From Terriglobales bacterium (GTDB lineage: Bacteria; Acidobacteriota; Terriglobia; Terriglobales; Acidobacteriaceae), in assembly GCA_035604095.1 (NCBI GenBank), contig DATNJE010000191.1, positions 1 through 27,150 on the forward strand: a DNA stretch of 27,150 bases, in the 5' to 3' direction. The notes beneath the pieces are model-generated. The model saw only the letters and a list, made by a program, of their open reading frames with translations. It did no database searches and was not told where the DNA came from. The position numbers were made by a program, and so were the translations under genes. Positions 24,917-27,150 of this stretch are shown piece after piece. Position 1 is the first letter of the stretch. Each line of letters begins with the position of its first letter.

Positions 24917-26634
24917 AGGACCCCTTTGCCAGGGATTTACGCGGATTCGCGCGGATTTTTTCTTGTGTTCCTCTGCTCTTCCTGCTTCTGGGTGGCGCTG
25001 TGAATGTTAACGGCGCGGAGAAGACAAACCCGGCCGACACGATCTTTCTTCACGGCGACATCTACACCGGCACGACGGGCAAGCGGGCGCAAGCCATGGC
25101 GGTGCGCGGCGAGCGCATTGTTGCCGTCGGCTCGGATACTGAGATTCAGAAGCTGAAGGGCAAGCGCACGCAGGTCGTCGACCTGGGCGGGCACTTCGTA
25201 ATGCCGGGGTTTAATGACGCCCACGTCCATCTGGCCAACGCCGGCTTCGAGAGGCTTTACATCAACCTGACCGGTGTGCGCTCGCTGGCCGAGATGCAGG
25301 ATCGCATCGCCGCGCGCGCCAAAACCACGCCAGCGGGAGACTGGCTCACCGGACGCGGGTGGGACCACACGCTGTGGCTCGGGCAGAAGCTGCCCACTCG
25401 CCAGGATCTCGACCAGGTTACCGGCGAGCACCCGGCGATCTTCACGCGCGTGGATGGCCACATCTCGGTGGCAAATTCGGCGGCGCTGAAGTTTGCCGGG
25501 ATCACCGCATCTACCCCAAATCCCGCGGGCGGAAAGATCGATCGCGATCCGCAGGGCGAGCCCACCGGTATTCTGCGGGAGACGGTAAAAGATGAGTTGC
25601 TCGCCAAGCTTCCGCCGCCTTCGCTGGCACAACGCCGCCGCGGGCTGGAGCTTGCTCTGGCCGACGCCGCGCGTTGGGGCATCACCTCGGCGCAGGATAA
25701 TTCCCAGTGGGAAGATTTCCTGATCTTCGAGGAACTGGAGCGGGAAGGCAAGCTGACGGTGCGAATCGCGGAATGGCTGCTGTTCAACGCGTCTTTGGAG
25801 TTGCTCCAGGCACACCGTTCCCATCATTCACAAGACGACGAAATGCTTCACACCACCATGCTGAAGGGCTTCATGGACGGGTCGCTCGGTTCACGCACCG
25901 CCGCCATGCTGGCGCCCTACGCCGACGATCCCGGCAACACCGGCCTTGCGCGGTACGACCAGGCAAAGCTCGACCAGATGGCGATCGAGCGGGTGCAGGC
26001 TGGGTTCCAGCTCGGGTTCCACGCCATCGGCGACCGCGCCGTCGAAATGGCGCTCAATGCTTTTGCCGAGGCCGAGCGCGATGCCCGCCAGCACGGCGAA
26101 GTCCCAGCCCAGGGCTTCCGTTTCCGCGTCGAGCACGCGCAGATCACCACGCCGGAGCAGATGAAGCGCTGTAGAGAGCTGGGAGTGATCGCCTCCATGC
26201 AGCCCAGCCACCTTTTGACCGACATGCGGTGGGTGGAAGCGCGCCTGGGCAAAGAACGGCTCGCCCATTCCTACGCCTGGAAGGAATTCCTGGACGCCGG
26301 TGTTCCGCTCGCCTTCGGGACTGACTATCCCGTCGAGCTGATCACGCCGTTCCGCGGCCTGTACGCGGCGGTGACGCGCCGCAGCGAAGACGGCAAACAG
26401 GAATATTTTCCTGCTCAGAAGCTGACCATCGAGCAGGCCATTGCCGCCTACACCAAGGGTTCGGCATACGCGGAGTTCGCCGAGCACGACAAGGGACTGC
26501 TCCAGCCCGGCATGCTGGCCGATTTCGTGGTGCTCGACCGGGACATCACCCGAGTCGAACCCGCCGCAATTCTCAAAACACAGGTGTTGCGGACCGTCGT
26601 GGGAGGCAAGACGGTTTATGAATTGAGTCATTGA
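24913..26634 (+). CDS. exported amidohydrolase (YtcJ-like)
   Basis: ATGA overlap with the upstream gene; signal peptide; [37 protein letters not shown]. Confidence 0.92.
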   Translation: MKDPFARDLRGFARIFSCVPLLFLLLGGAVNVNGAEKTNPADTIFLHGDIYTGTTGKRAQAMAVRGERIVAVGSDTEIQKLKGKRTQVVDLGGHFVMPGFNDAHVHLANAGFERLYINLTGVRSLAEMQDRIAARAKTTPAGDWLTGRGWDHTLWLGQKLPTRQDLDQVTGEHPAIFTRVDGHISVANSAALKFAGITASTPNPAGGKIDRDPQGEPTGILRETVKDELLAKLPPPSLAQRRRGLELALADAARWGITSAQDNSQWEDFLIFEELEREGKLTVRIAEWLLFNASLELLQAHRSHHSQDDEMLHTTMLKGFMDGSLGSRTAAMLAPYADDPGNTGLARYDQAKLDQMAIERVQAGFQLGFHAIGDRAVEMALNAFAEAERDARQHGEVPAQGFRFRVEHAQITTPEQMKRCRELGVIASMQPSHLLTDMRWVEARLGKERLAHSYAWKEFLDAGVPLAFGTDYPVELITPFRGLYAAVTRRSEDGKQEYFPAQKLTIEQAIAAYTKGSAYAEFAEHDKGLLQPGMLADFVVLDRDITRVEPAAILKTQVLRTVVGGKTVYELSH

Positions 26635-26647
26635 TTCATTGGGTAGG

Positions 26648-26738
26648 ATTGGTAATTTGTATTTGGTAGTTTGTAAATTTCGGAACGGCGCCGAGTGCGC
26701 GCGCCAATTTACAAATTACAAATCACCAATTACAAATT
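26648..26738. repeat. inverted heptamer-array hairpin, unit GTAATTT/AAATTAC
   Basis: attggtaatttgtatttggtagtttgtaaatt - GC-rich spacer with ggcgc/gcgcc - aatttac aaattac aaatcac caattac aaatt. Confidence 0.9.
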
Positions 26739-26742
26739 CCCC

Positions 26743-27150
26743 GTGTCCCGCTCCCTCAAAGCCCATCTGCTGCTGGTCCTCGTGACCTTGGTCTGGGGGG
26801 TGACCTTCGTCCAGATCAAGGATGCGCTCAACGACGTCTCGCCCCTGCTGTTCAATGCGGTGCGCATGACCGTGGCAGGGACGGCCCTACTGCTCATCTT
26901 CCGCAAACACCTGCGAATGACCGTCGCTGCGCTGCGCACCGGCCTCTGGATGGGAACGCTGTTGTGGATGGGTTACGAATTCCAGACCACCGGCCTGGTT
27001 TACACCACACCCTCCAAGTCGGCGTTCCTCACCGGAGTGTCGGTGGTGCTGGTGCCGCTTTTTCTGGCGCTGATCTGGCGCCGGCACATCAACCGCTGGA
27101 CCGCGCTCGGCGTGCTGGCCGCCTTGATCGGCCTGTACCTGCTCACCGTC
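26743..27150 (+). CDS. DMT/EamA family transporter, truncated by the window end
   Basis: GTG start; SRSLKAHLLLVLVTLVWGVTF...QTTGL.YTTPSKSAFLTG.SVVLVP. Absent from the ORF track because it has no stop in the window. Confidence 0.9.
   Translation, partial: MSRSLKAHLLLVLVTLVWGVTFVQIKDALNDVSPLLFNAVRMTVAGTALLLIFRKHLRMTVAALRTGLWMGTLLWMGYEFQTTGLVYTTPSKSAFLTGVSVVLVPLFLALIWRRHINRWTALGVLAALIGLYLLTV

Overview
GC-rich bacterial chromosomal window. Gene content and intergenic repeat style suggest Acidobacteriota/Terriglobia (inference only). Minus strand: uppS-cdsA-dxr; a Zn-ribbon/XRE regulator; a long catabolic run (B12 acyl-CoA mutase large subunit, alkA-like glycosylase, B12-binding small subunit, hypothetical, GIY-YIG nuclease fused to an enoyl-CoA hydratase, methylcrotonyl-CoA carboxylase beta-like, HMG-CoA lyase, RelBE-like TA pair, crotonase, thioesterase, hutH); a GT2 glycosyltransferase; tolC. 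Plus strand: HD protein, truA, aldehyde dehydrogenase, small Cys-rich protein, LeuA/homocitrate-synthase-like enzyme, RsbW-like kinase, M20 peptidase, amidohydrolase, and a partial EamA transporter. Most notable: (1) a ~640 bp cassette in which a standalone GIY-YIG nuclease is bracketed by TGTC/CGTC-type REP/REPIN-like palindromes, with a nuclease-free copy 7 kb away showing compensatory base changes, a candidate RAYT-independent repeat-mobilising system; (2) intergenic hairpins built from inverted 7/8-mer arrays whose units differ but whose architecture is shared; (3) a mutase with isobutyryl-CoA-mutase (Phe/Gln) specificity residues beside leucine-catabolism genes; (4) two genes lacking canonical start codons; (5) a recurrent TGTTG-TAnnnT promoter-like motif. 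All calls were made by eye, with no database search.
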